The notes under the pieces were generated by a model, which did not search any database, had not been told where the DNA came from, and saw nothing but the letters and a program-made list of their open reading frames with translations. A stretch of 63,317 nt of DNA, counting the filler, from Rhabdomonas costata (taxonomy: Eukaryota): the NCBI GenBank assembly GCA_019059605.1. It is 29 parts of 29 records of this genome, joined end to end, with 100 filler letters (N's around TTAATTAATTAA, not from the genome) between each part and the next. Parts side by side here need not be neighbours in the genome. Positions count along the whole stretch, not along the records: positions 24,072 to 26,159 come from JAHMHO010005755.1; positions 26,260 to 28,346 come from JAHMHO010005756.1; positions 28,447 to 30,530 come from JAHMHO010005757.1; positions 30,631 to 32,717 come from JAHMHO010005758.1; positions 32,818 to 34,904 come from JAHMHO010005759.1; positions 35,005 to 37,091 come from JAHMHO010005760.1; 23 more parts are not named here. The stretch is one strand, 5' to 3'. Both the position numbers and the translations under genes were made by a program. The stretch's first letter is position 1, and every line of letters begins with the position of its first letter. This document shows, in pieces, positions 24,863 through 36,415 of the stretch.

Positions 24863-25577
24863 ATGGAGGGCCCTCCGGCCTGTGGCGCGGTGAACTGCCT
24901 GGCGTTCAGCTCCGCAGGCACCGTGTTGGCCTCGGGTGACGCCGGGCGGTACCTCTGTGTGTGGCGCTGCGGCGGCAGCCCCTCCTCGGGCTCGGGCTTT
25001 GAGGCAACCCCACCCCTCTTCCCTCAACAACCCACTCCTCCTCTTTTCTTGTTCCATCGATATGTGCTTGGTGTCTGTTTGATATCTCAAGTGGATGACT
25101 GGGGTGCTCTACGCATTCCGGCTTGTGCAGCAGGCCGTGCAACAGTTTGCCAAAGTGCAACTTGTGCCGTGGTGTGCCACCCCATATCCAGACGGGCTCT
25201 TTTTTCAAGGATAGATCCACATCAACAATGTCCGATATGAGCAGCACGAAACCACGTGACAAAAGCAAGCGTTTATATGCACTTGGCGAAACCAAAGCAA
25301 AGCCAGACAAATCAAATAGCAAATCACTCAAGGGCGGAACTCCACACAGCCTAAGCCCATGAAGCGAAGGTGCGCCGAATAAGAAGGATTTAAGCCCGTG
25401 CGGCTGCACCCTCTCCCGGTGGGCTGTCCTTGTGCTCAGCTGCAGGGCTCTCCCCTGGCCTTCCACACCAGTGCCGTGCGCGACGTGGCGCTGGCCGAGG
25501 AGGGCAGGCTGCTGGTCAGTGCCTCCGTGGACTGCACCGTTGTGGTGTGGGACTTACAGGCCCAGGCCAAGGCCTCC
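24863..25577 (+). CDS. WD40-repeat protein; exons 24863-25003 and 25440-~25577
   Basis: VNCLAFSSAGTVLASGDAGRYLCVWR and HTSAVRDVALAEEGRLLVSASVDCTVVVWDL. Confidence 0.85.
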
Positions 25578-25949
25578 GCAAGTGTGTGCGCGTCTCAGCC
25601 GTCTTTCGAAGTTTCGCGACTGCTCGAGATTTCGAGGCAGTTTTCATATCCCCAACTTCAGACACCCGCAGGCCCCCATCTTGCACTGGGGAAGACCTGG
25701 TTGGGATGGGGTCAGAGTCGCCTTCACCGTTACGCCTGGATCGAGACCAGCGTGTCAGACGGTTATTTTATATTCGAGCCGATTTCGGTGCCTGACAGTA
25801 TCCGAACAACCAGTGTTTGCCCTTCACACCCAGCTCAGCGCGTTTATGTGCACAAGGTCTGGATTGTATTGCCGAGCCTCGGCATGGTTTTCGAAATGCA
25901 TGGGACTTTCTTCAAGCGGGGGCTGCTTCGCACTCAGACCAGAGTGGTA

Positions 25950-26059
25950 GACAGATTGTGAGGCCCGATGGGCCCATGGCTTGGGAAGCGGACCTCGAGT
26001 CCTCCCCAGAAAAATTCACTCTTTCTAAGGTGCACGAAGTGCTTATGTGTATGTGTGTG
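25950..26059 (+). repeat. Short interspersed repeat with TG-rich tail, copy 2
   Basis: Homologous to 14803-14944 on an unrelated contig. Confidence 0.8.
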
Positions 26060-28871
26060 CCGGCGTGTCAGGGGCGCACAATCGTGGGGTTGGCGCGGTG
26101 GCCTTCGCGGGGCCGGGCCGGGTGGTCTCCGGGGGCGCGGAGACCACCCGGCCCACCCCNNNNNNNNNNNNNNNNNNNNNNNNNNNNNNNNNNNNNNNNN
26201 NNNTTAATTAATTAANNNNNNNNNNNNNNNNNNNNNNNNNNNNNNNNNNNNNNNNNNNNGTGTGAGTGCAGGGGGGGTGACACGAGGGAAGAATCTAGCG
26301 GCATTTAGGGCCGAGGAATCGCGGAGCAGGTCAGAGATTTTTTTTGCCACACTTCTGTATGTCAAGGGTGCACCACATCTTGTGCCTAGAAACTTAGTGG
26401 TAATCAACCCTAAAACGCTGCCGGCCTGGGGTCTTTTGCAAATGCAGCAGGCCTCCCGACAGTTTTTGGATTTCGCCCTCGGCCGGTCGGGGATCCCCCC
26501 TTTGGGACTCTTTTGTATCGCTTCGCGCCGCTTTTTGTCCACGCAGCGGAAGGTTTACGACAGCACTCACAGGGTATTTACCAAAAACCACCCACGCCGA
26601 CCGGGAACAGGAAAAACACAAAACAGACAACTGGCTCTTGGCCGCCTGCAGTTCACTGTATCATTGTTACCCCATTTCACGGTGGTCCACTGGGAATCAG
26701 ATTTTCCAAAAAAAAACTTTCACAACGGGTTGGGTCCTTAGCTCGAAGTGAGTTGGCGCTTAAGCAGCCCTCTTGCCCCCTGAGGTTTACTGAAAGCCAA
26801 CAGCGATGGTGCCTGGTCTTTCGAGTGACGGAACTCAGAGGGGAGAATCGCCTCACATCGGCGATCGCCCACAAGAGCGAGGGTGTTGGTCAGCCGAGCA
26901 CACCGCCGCAGTCCGGCCGCGCTAGGACGCATGGCATCGCCGCCTGCCCCAGCCATGATGGCCTCATCACTGACAACGACGTCGTCCTTGCCCGCGGGGC
27001 TGCGAAGCCCATCCTTGCACATCAGCCTGGAGATCTGGGGTGCAAGGAAGGAAAGAGCTGCGCGTTTCCAGCTCATCCAGCCATCTAACTTAGCAATACA
27101 CCACCAAAAACTCGGAGGGAATTCTTTCAGTAAATTTAATTTAAAGCGATGAACCTGTGCTGGGACAGGGGCACCTCTGTCGCTAAGGCCCTGCGAGAAA
27201 AACTCTCCTCTCCCATCGGACAGGTGCTCACCATTTCAAGGTCCAATAACTAACAATTCTGATGGAAAATATCCTTCACGTTTCGATTTTGTTGTTTGTT
27301 TTGCACAAGACCAGTGTCAGGACAATAGGACAACAACAAGTTCCAACAATTACAGCACCAAAAGAACAAAGGGTCACTGCGGCACTTGTGCAGAGTATTC
27401 TTCTCTACCCACAGATGATATCGTGGTGTGAGTGTGTGTGTGTGGGTGCTCAGATACACCTGACTCTGCAGAGTTGCGTAGGCGACATTTCCAAGCCGAA
27501 TCCGGGGGTCCGTTCCCGAATCTGGTCCCGAGCTGCGCCCCGCCTGTGGGTGGGTCGGTGGGTCTATACAGCACAGAGGTATTCTAAGAACAACCTTGGG
27601 CACGAAATTCTGGTATGCTGAGCAGCGACGGCTGCAAAGAAAACATACCGCAAATGGTGCGCTTTTAAAACTGGAAGCTGCGCGACATACTAGGTCAGCG
27701 GATGGATAAAGGGAAGGAAGACGGTATGTGTGGCTTTACTCGAAAACTAGCACTTGTAACTAACTAGCATGTCATACCCTCATCACCGTGTCTGGAAACT
27801 ATGGTGTTATAATAGTGGAGTTCAATCACTGCAAACTCAGCCTTTTGCCGCTGGGCGCGGGTGGTCGCTTCACTGAAGGATATTCCTCTTTTTTGCTTGC
27901 GTTTCCGGCCTATGGTTGTAAAAGAGGAGTGAATGCTGGTCACAGTAAGGGCACCTTCTGCAGAGGGGGCTGTCATCCACAGGGTGAAGGGTGGGGGGAC
28001 AGTTTTCATCTAACTGCAGGCTTTTCGGTGGTGAACGTTGTTTTTGATCAATGTACTGTCTGAAAGAACGAAGCCTCTACAAAAACTAAACGAAGTCTCT
28101 AAACGAAGTCTCTACATATGCTTCTCCGTGCGCCGAAAAGGGCTTTGAAAAACTGCTCTGGGCATTGCTTTCTCGCTCGGCATTGTTGAGAGAAAAGGGA
28201 AGCAAAATCGTGCACACGGGTGCCGAGCTCCTCCAAGCGGAATCACATGGGAAGCCATGTAACAGCCAAGAGCGGGCGTATGCGGCACTAGTTACCCGGT
28301 CGCGATTGCGGAAATCAAGCACGTCCATTTCGGAAGCAAACCCACANNNNNNNNNNNNNNNNNNNNNNNNNNNNNNNNNNNNNNNNNNNNTTAATTAATT
28401 AANNNNNNNNNNNNNNNNNNNNNNNNNNNNNNNNNNNNNNNNNNNNTGTTGTGGGGGTGATCGGCCTCCAGGAAGCCGTCAGGAAGGAGGACGATTATTA
28501 AAGCCCGATGGATGCATTTCCGGCTCCTCAATGCCCGATTTCTGTTGCGTGCAGTCTGCAGTCTGCCTGCGTACTTGGAAAAGAGGAGTCGCTTTCGTCT
28601 GCTTGGCCGCCATTATTTTCTGTCTCTAATGCAGAAAGGCCTCGATCTCTCCGACAGTTTCGGGACGTCGGGAGGTCTGAACATTAAACCTCCCAGAATC
28701 CCTGAGCAAACACGTCCCGATGTTCGCACAAATGTGCAATTTTTGTCTCTGATAGAGCAGTGTGGCACTTCTATCGTCTGCACAACCGCTACAAATCCAC
28801 ATGGGACAGTGCCGTCGGGTATCCCCTGAGAAGCCAAGTTCCTTGCTCCTACCGCCCCGCTTTGTCTTCAG

Positions 28872-29545
28872 GGCAACAGTCCACCGCAAGCGACAAATTC
28901 TACCTCATCGACAGTGGGACCTGTTCCGTGTTCAAGAAGGGGGAGAAGCCCACCTTCCTCAACCGAGGAGACACCTGCGGAGATGAGGAGCTTCTGTATG
29001 CCCAAACATACGAGGTCACTGTCCGGACCCAAACCCCTGTGCTGGCGTGGACCCTGGACCGCAAGACCTACACCCGCCTGCTCCACGGCACCTTCATCAA
29101 GAAGCGGGCGCTGTACTCGGAGTTCCTGGCGAAGGTGAGTTTCCTGCAGGGGCTGAGCCACGTGGGGCTGATCCAGCTGGCGGACGCGCTGCAGCCGGAG
29201 ACGTTTGTGCAGGGGCAGTACCTGATCCGGTACGGGGAGGAGGGGCAGTGGTTCTACCTCATCCTGGAGGGCACGGTGGAGGTTCTGGGGCGGGACGGCG
29301 CCAACGCGGTGATCCCGGTGTGCGAGTTCAGCCGGGGGGACTGCGTGGGGGTGATGGAGTTCCTGTACGGCCACCGCACCGTGGCGGACGTCCGCGCGAA
29401 GACCCCAGAGGTGCGCGCGGCGAAGCTCAACCGGGCGCACTTCGAGCTGTGCATGGGCCCGATCAAGGAGCTTCTGAAGAGCAGCCGTCAGGCCGACCCC
29501 GTCTTCGATTACTACCGTGCGCGCCGAAGCTTTGACTCTGGATCG
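28872..29545 (+). CDS. PKA regulatory subunit-like protein, CNB-A/CNB-B exon, kinetoplastid nucleoside-binding type
   Basis: FYLIDSG...GDEELLYAQTYEVTV, then IQLADAL...WFYLILEGTVEV...GVMEFLYGHRTVADV...KLNRAHFELCMGP...FDYY. Neither binding cassette has the canonical PRAA. Confidence 0.92.
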
Positions 29546-30160
29546 GTGCGTTTTACTTTTTCCGTGGGTTTTTTCGTTTTCCGATGCAGGCCAGAAATTT
29601 CCGGTTGCTGATTTTTTTGGTCACTTTGATGCGGTTTGTTTTTGGTCTGCTGAGTTACCGCGGGTTGGCATCCCGAATGTGCTGACATCTCTTTTGATGC
29701 TGCTCGAGAAGATGGCCACCCCGCCATTGCCAGGGTCAGTGCAGCTCCTGCTGCCCGTGCTGACTCAGCTTCTTCCTCCACTTCCTTTCTTTTTTGCATC
29801 AAAAATTGACGAAAACATCCATTTTTCGTATCTTTGCTCCGTTAATGTTTTGTGCACCACCTCCACCAATGTGTGGCTGATCAAGGGCCGCCTTCAGGTT
29901 CGGGCAAAGAGGAAAGACGAGAGGGGCACCCGCAAGGCAAGGTTCACCCGGACCCAGCAAAGGAAAAGCTGAAAAAGTTTTCATTGGGAACGCACTGGAT
30001 CTTGGGTGAGTTGGGTAGAACACCTTTGCTTACGCTCTTGTCAGTTTGGTCAGCAAAAGCCCTCCCTCCCACCTAACGAAGCACCATCCGAAATAGAGCG
30101 TGTGCCCCTTTTAGAAAATTCGCCTGTCTTCTTCCGCAATGCCGTTTTCTTTTACTTCAG

Positions 30161-30530
30161 TCCGAGGCCCAGGGGATGGTCAACTTCTGCTTTGGGGTCC
30201 CCGGCTCCCCCCGCGAGGAAACCGACACCGATACCGACGCAGACGCCGACACCGAAGAGGGCGCTGGCGACGCCTGCGAAGACGAGCCCCAGGAGCTCCG
30301 TGGCCGCCTGGAAGGCGGGCGGCGCGTGACGGTCAGCGCGGAGGTATACAACGCGATGAAGGAGTCCGAGACCTGGGTCGCCCCGGTGTCGGCCAAGGAC
30401 CACACCACGGAGGCCTGGATGCTTCGAATGCTGCAGAATCACGTGCTCTTCCGGCACCTGGATGACCGGGAGCTGCGCAGCATTGTGGGGGCCATGTCCA
30501 AGACGGTGCTGCCGGTGGGCACCCACCCCC
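30161..30530 (+). CDS. Second PKA-R module: acidic linker, inhibitor site and start of CNB-A (truncated by contig end)
   Basis: GGRRVTVSAEVY...PVSAKD....LQNHVLFRHLDDRELRSIVGAM is the typical R-subunit N-terminal half. Confidence 0.9.
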
Positions 30531-31869
30531 NNNNNNNNNNNNNNNNNNNNNNNNNNNNNNNNNNNNNNNNNNNNTTAATTAATTAANNNNNNNNNNNNNN
30601 NNNNNNNNNNNNNNNNNNNNNNNNNNNNNNGGGTGGTGTGTAACAAACGTTAACCTGTACCTGTAACCTCTGCATGCCAAATATCGTAATTTTTTTTGGT
30701 GAACTTTTATGTGGTAATTCTTTTTGAAAACGTGAATGCCACGGTCTCATGAATGTCCAGCGTCAAAGGCCCTCCACATGTAACCATGCGGGATTATTCT
30801 GAAGCAACACCAAAGAAAATTGACCCCGAAAATCGGTGAAAAACTCCTTTTTTGGCGTGGAGGCGAACTGAAATGGCCATGACACCGCTGGAGCTCACCG
30901 ACGGCGATGGTAACCATGCAGTGGTTGAAGATACCACTGAAATGACTCGTGCATATTCTTCTGAGTTCAATCATGACAACTGTTTTTCATCCGCTACAGT
31001 TCAGGAAGAGACATGAGTTGAGGAGTTGTATGCCAGGAAGAGTATCTGCAAGGATAGGAAAACCTGAACAAACTCACATGTCCAGAGAAAGGGTTGTGCA
31101 GACGCCCTCTCCTCTTTGGGTAAAGGGTGTGGAAATGGGCAAGAGTGTTAGTGAGGGAAATCCCGCTGGATGATGATACTACCTCGATTGAGGGGAAGAG
31201 AAACGTGACGCGGCTTTGTGCGGCGAGAGGCAGGTTTGCTTCTTTGACTTAAGGAGAGAAGAATGCGGTGACCTCAGTGCTTGTATATTTCTTCTGTGTG
31301 GACCGGAGACAGAAACCACCTTGCGCATGACACTGCCCTGTCTCTGCCCTGTGCAGATTTTTTGTGTTTCGCTGAAGAAGTCCCCTTTTGTTCCATTGTT
31401 TTCGCCTCGCGCGTGCGCTTGAGTGAGAGAGTAGAGCAACCACCACAGCAGAGAGGGTCCCCTTTTCGGAGCAGAAGAGAGGTACCCTTTTTGTCACCTC
31501 CTGTTATGCCGTGCTCATCTGAATTTTCGAGATGACAAAGGACGATTAAAAGGATACAACAATCAATATTGGCCCTCTTGCAGAAGGGGCAGATGAAGGG
31601 AACATCTGCATAAGGAGGGGGACATCTTTGCGGTTGGAAGGGCATTGAAAGCGAATCGATTCAAGGGCAGTACGAGTTCCTTCGGGATCCCAGCAGAGTT
31701 AAAGTTAGGGCTCAGCCGAATAAGGGCTTGGTGAGCAATTCATGCTTGGGGATGAGGTTTTAAAGTGGCTTTATGGAATACATTTGCAAAAGTAACCTGC
31801 TCGGTGTTACAAAGCGGAGCAAACCCCCATACATATCATACTTTTCATCTACCACTGTACCTTCTGCAG

Positions 31870-32059
31870 GTCTTTGGGCGTGTCCACCCCTCTGCCTCCC
31901 ACCATTGTCACGGAAAAGGAATACGGGAAGTACTGTGACAAAAAAAGCACGGACGACGCGGTCAAAGCCGAGCAACCCCCGTCAACCGGTGTCACGCGGC
32001 ACGGGGGCCCCGGAGCCCAGGAAGACGCTCCCCCGGCGGAACCTGAACCCACTTCGGAG
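31870..32059 (+). CDS. Probable coding exon, unknown protein
   Basis: AG/GTGCGC-bounded open segment LGVSTPLPPTIVTEKEYGKYCDKK...PEPTSE. Confidence 0.45.
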
Positions 32060-32376
32060 GTGCGCGTATACGCATAACCAAAACCAAAGAAAGACCCCCC
32101 GAGGCTGCCCCTGTGCCCAAAACGTCAGAGACACACGCAGAAGGGCGCGAAGGGCGGCAAAGAAAGGCAAGGATGAGGAAGAGGGCTTCCCAAGACGGAT
32201 CACTAGATGATCCCATGGGGTCACCCTCCTCGCTGCAGTCCCAAAATTCCTTTCCCTGGTCGCCCTCCATTTCTCGGATCAACCCAAACGTCCGACGACG
32301 CTTGTGTGTGTGTTTTTTGTGTGTGTGGGTCTGGGATGGGAGGAGTGGGTGTGCGAGGACGTGCGTGCACAGGCGC

Positions 32377-32516
32377 TCACTTCACTGTGGTGACGACATC
32401 GTGCATGGCGCTGGCCAGCTGCGGCACAGTGGCCGTGGTCAGGCCGGCCACGGAGATGCGGCCGTTGGTGAGCAGGTAGATGTGGTGCTTCGAGATCAGT
32501 GCCTCACACTGCGCCG
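32377..32516 (-). CDS. Aspartate aminotransferase, last exon (not in the ORF track)
   Basis: AQCEALISKHHIYLLTNGRISVAGLTTATVPQLASAMHDVVTTVK* carries the HIYL..NGRIS.AGL signature. Confidence 0.92.
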
Positions 32517-33493
32517 CTGCACCGCACCCCCAAAACCCCATCCCATTGGCGGGGAAAATGCAAGCCCTTCACATTTCAAGGAAGTCGGCGAGTGCAGCCG
32601 TGCGCTGTGCTCGGTCACCTCGAGATGTGCACTCCGTGGCACAGAGTGGCCAGTTTTAACCATCGGGATGCAAGTACACACGCTGAGTTGGGCAAACACT
32701 GGTACGGATACTGTCAGNNNNNNNNNNNNNNNNNNNNNNNNNNNNNNNNNNNNNNNNNNNNTTAATTAATTAANNNNNNNNNNNNNNNNNNNNNNNNNNN
32801 NNNNNNNNNNNNNNNNNTTTGTGTTGGGCGTTGGGTCTTGTTCCCCCCGTGCTGAGAGTTTCAACTGGACTGCTCTCCTGTATGGTATCCTTCTTCAAAT
32901 GGCTTGGTGTAAATGATCTGAAGAGCTGAGTTTTTTTTGTTTTTGTGCAGGCATTGCTCTGACGGAGGCGCTGCTGCTGTCGAATGTCGTCACAAAGGCC
33001 AAGGGGTTTCCCCAGAGCGGTGTGTAGGCGGCCTTTGCTTGTCTGCTCACACCCGCCCTGTGTTCCCGTGTAGGAGCTAGCAGAACGGAACTGGTGTGAA
33101 GTGCGGCATTTGCTGGCCTCCTCAAGGACTGGCCTTCCAAATCCTGTGAGTGCGCATCGGTTGAGTGTCACCCTCACCGTTCTGGGTGCAGGCTGTTGGA
33201 AATCAAGGTTTGGGGGAAATCTGCCCTCCTGCACGTTTTAGCCCAGCATCATGACAAAACTGTTCCACTTCAACTTTTTGTTCTTCTCCTGTGTTGTGCT
33301 TTTCATTGTGTTGTTGGGTGTAACATTTCCTGGAAAGGAAGGGAGGAGACAGATGTCGCTTTTACGTAACTGCAATTTAGTTTATAGGCATTGTTCCACC
33401 GCGGAGACAGGCACCCAGATACCATAATGGGATGCACCGCGCTGACGCGCGTCGTGCTCGTTGATGTGATGTGGTGGCGGCGGCGTGACCCAG

Positions 33494-34537
33494 CAAAGGA
33501 TGACCTCCTGGTCGCCAGCATCGCCCTGAAGTACACGCAGAGCAACTCCGTGTGCTACGCCCACCGCGGGCAGGTCATTGGGCTCGGCGCGGGGCAGCAG
33601 TCCCGGATCCACTGCACCCGCCTGGCGGGAGAGAAGGCGGATAGCTGGAGGCTTCGCCACCACCCTCGTGTGCTGCAGCTGAAGTGGAAGCCGGTGTGGG
33701 GAGAGACCCGGAACCCCCCCCCTCCTTTTTGGTTTGTCTTGGTGATGTATTGGATCGTATATTTTCAACGTATCCCCCGTAGCACACCAGTATTACTGAA
33801 ATGTCATGATGATCATCTAAATGATGTATACCTATCAGAGACATACATACTCCTTGGGTTGGGATCCATATACCCAAACATATGCCGTTTGCGGTCCCTC
33901 CATAAAAAAGGATGAATTAGATGTGAATGTAGAATTTTCACCGATGTTCGCCTCCTCTGGAGCAATGATCATCCTGAACCACACCCCAGCTTCCCCCCAT
34001 AACACAATTCGTGCTGACTCCCAGGGTATTATATAATATATTATAATATTATATAATAATTAATTATAATAATACATATAGCAGAGACTTCGTCGCTTTG
34101 AAGCAAAAGGAATCTTCGAAAATGGTGGCGTTGCCAGCTGTGTGGTCATGTGACGATTGCCAACAGCTGTGGGTGTTGCTGATTTACATATAACCACTAA
34201 ACGCATATTTCCGGGTTAAAGTGACTATAAAGTTCCCCCACGCACCCTACCACGACCACAGGCAAGACCTTTGTGGTTTGGTAATCAATGGATCCGTTAC
34301 CGTATTCTGTGAGGCCTTTATGTAACCTCTCAGAATGCTGAAGTTAGGACCCCCCCTTGTTCCTCTTAGCGAGTGGTGGTGACCCCTACCCCCCTGTTAC
34401 TTTAGGGTGTGAAGCGCCCCAACAAGTCCAATGCGATTGACCTGCTGGTGTCTGGGGAGATCGCCAACGCCACTCCTGAGGAGAAGGCCGAGTGGGAGGC
34501 CTGCTTTGAGACTGCCCCCGCCCTGTTCACCCGGGAG
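33494..34537 (+). CDS. purH: AICAR transformylase (PurH/ATIC family); exons 33494-33693 and 34406-34537
   Basis: [44 protein letters not shown], then [12 protein letters not shown]. Confidence 0.95.
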
Positions 34538-35004
34538 GTTTTTTGCTGTGTTTCCTCCTCACCCCTCCGACTGCTACATCGTTGTTCACCCTCCCTTGGC
34601 CTCCTTCCAACGAGTGTACCCATTCATGTCTTTTTGGAGAGTTCCACGATCGTGAGCAGCCACGCTTCGGGCGTCTATGGCTACACCAACAGTGTCATTT
34701 CATGACATTTGTATATAGACGCTGAAATCCCCGCACTCGGCCACAGAAGCCTGCACAGGTACCATCGAAGTCACAGTACCAACGCAGCACGTGAAGCCTG
34801 CCAAGCCACTTCTGCAGTCTTCGAGCCAGACGCCGAAAGACGAATGAACAGAACAATTACCAAGCCGCAACACGTCCAAAAAGCCAGCTACCGGTCCAGA
34901 GGCCNNNNNNNNNNNNNNNNNNNNNNNNNNNNNNNNNNNNNNNNNNNNTTAATTAATTAANNNNNNNNNNNNNNNNNNNNNNNNNNNNNNNNNNNNNNNN
35001 NNNN

Positions 35005-36415
35005 TTTGTTTGGGCTCGCACGGGGATTCGATGCTTTGCACCGCGGGGCTTTCTGTGGCTCCCAACGTTTCCAACGCTTCCTCCGTTGATGTACGTCTTG
35101 ATGTCAGTCCTGCGGGTAGTCTGATGGTGTTATCGGCCCTTCGCCTTTCTGCGTATAACTGGTCGTTTACCCTGGTTGCTCAACCTGCCTTTGTTGGCCG
35201 TTCAGGAAGTGTCCGGGCTATGGTTTTGGTTGATGGAATTCTCTACCCTTGGAATGGGAGCTGGCCCACATCTCTGTTCCAGATTAGTCGTCCACCATCT
35301 TGCAATGGAGCCCCAGTTTTGGGCACGGCGTGCTCGGCAAAGCCCAAAGTTTGCGACGACTTTCAGTTCTTAAATGCCAGCATTGGAGAGTGTCAGTGCA
35401 CTCCTGATGCGGGTGTTTGTACGTCGGGGCAATGTCTGATTACCATCACGGGGACGGCATGCGACGTTGCGCACAGAATTCTTTCTGTGGGTGAGATACT
35501 CTGTTCCAAGTCAATGATTCTTCTCAGTTCCACTCCACTTATTACCCTCATGTTTGGCAACGCAACAAATGTGTCCTCTGAGGCCTTCATCCAGGCAGGC
35601 TCTGAGCATGTTGGAATTCAGGTGGTGCAGATTTTAGGCAACCAGGCCCAAAGCGTGATGCTTTCAGCGGGCTGTCGCGAAGGACAATTCGAGGTTTCCA
35701 ACACCGCACGCTTTGTCGTGGAGAGCACCACCTTTGCCGCCTGTGGCATTACCGCAGACACTCAGTCTCCTGTCGAGCTCCGCAACTCTACTCTCATGGA
35801 TTTCATAGTGACTTCTTCCTCACGAGTAATTCTTCGCTCTGTTGTGATGCAGGGCGTGCAGTCCAGTGTAACAGGCTCCTCGGTCACGATAGACTCCGCA
35901 ACCTTCTCCTTAGGCTCGAATGTTGAGGTGCGCAGCTCGAACCAGAGTGTGGTCTCGGGCCAGATTTCTGGAGGGGGCGCCGCGACTTTTGTTGGGCTCG
36001 TGTTTTGCCTCAACCCCAGCAATGACCCCCGAGACTTCAGCATGGTGGGTTCTTCCCAGAGCTTCTCAGTTGCTGGCTTCCGTCCGTCGAAGGGAAGGCC
36101 GATGCAGCTGATTGCGCCCGTGGCCTCTCCGGCAGGAGGGCTGGTAATCTGCGGGCCTGGGCCCTCGGAAGTGGCGGTGCCCTCTGGCGCAGTCCTGAAC
36201 ATTCTTCTGCAGTGCGCCTCGGGGGGTGGGCCATTTCAGCTCCGCTCCGGAAAGGCTGAGCTGACCCTGAAAGAGGGGGCCATTTTGGAGGTCTGGGAGC
36301 TGGACCCCACTCGCGCGAGCAACCCTGCCCAAGCTGTGGTGTGTAACTTGCCGAGCAGCTTCCGTGTGCGGCTGGGCACCTCTCCGGCCACTTCCGGGAT
36401 GATCTATGTCCTGAG
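35005..36415 (+). CDS. Large extracellular-type protein fragment (single exon of about 1.4 kb); Cys-rich segment plus beta-rich region
   Basis: Long open frame with a CQCTPDAGVCTSGQC segment and a Ser/Val/Thr-rich beta-strand pattern. Likely donor GAG|GTGTGA at ~36415. Confidence 0.7.

Noticed and set aside
34025-34080. AT-only palindromic stretch in the purH intron
   Set aside because: Low-complexity tract with no coding or viral context.
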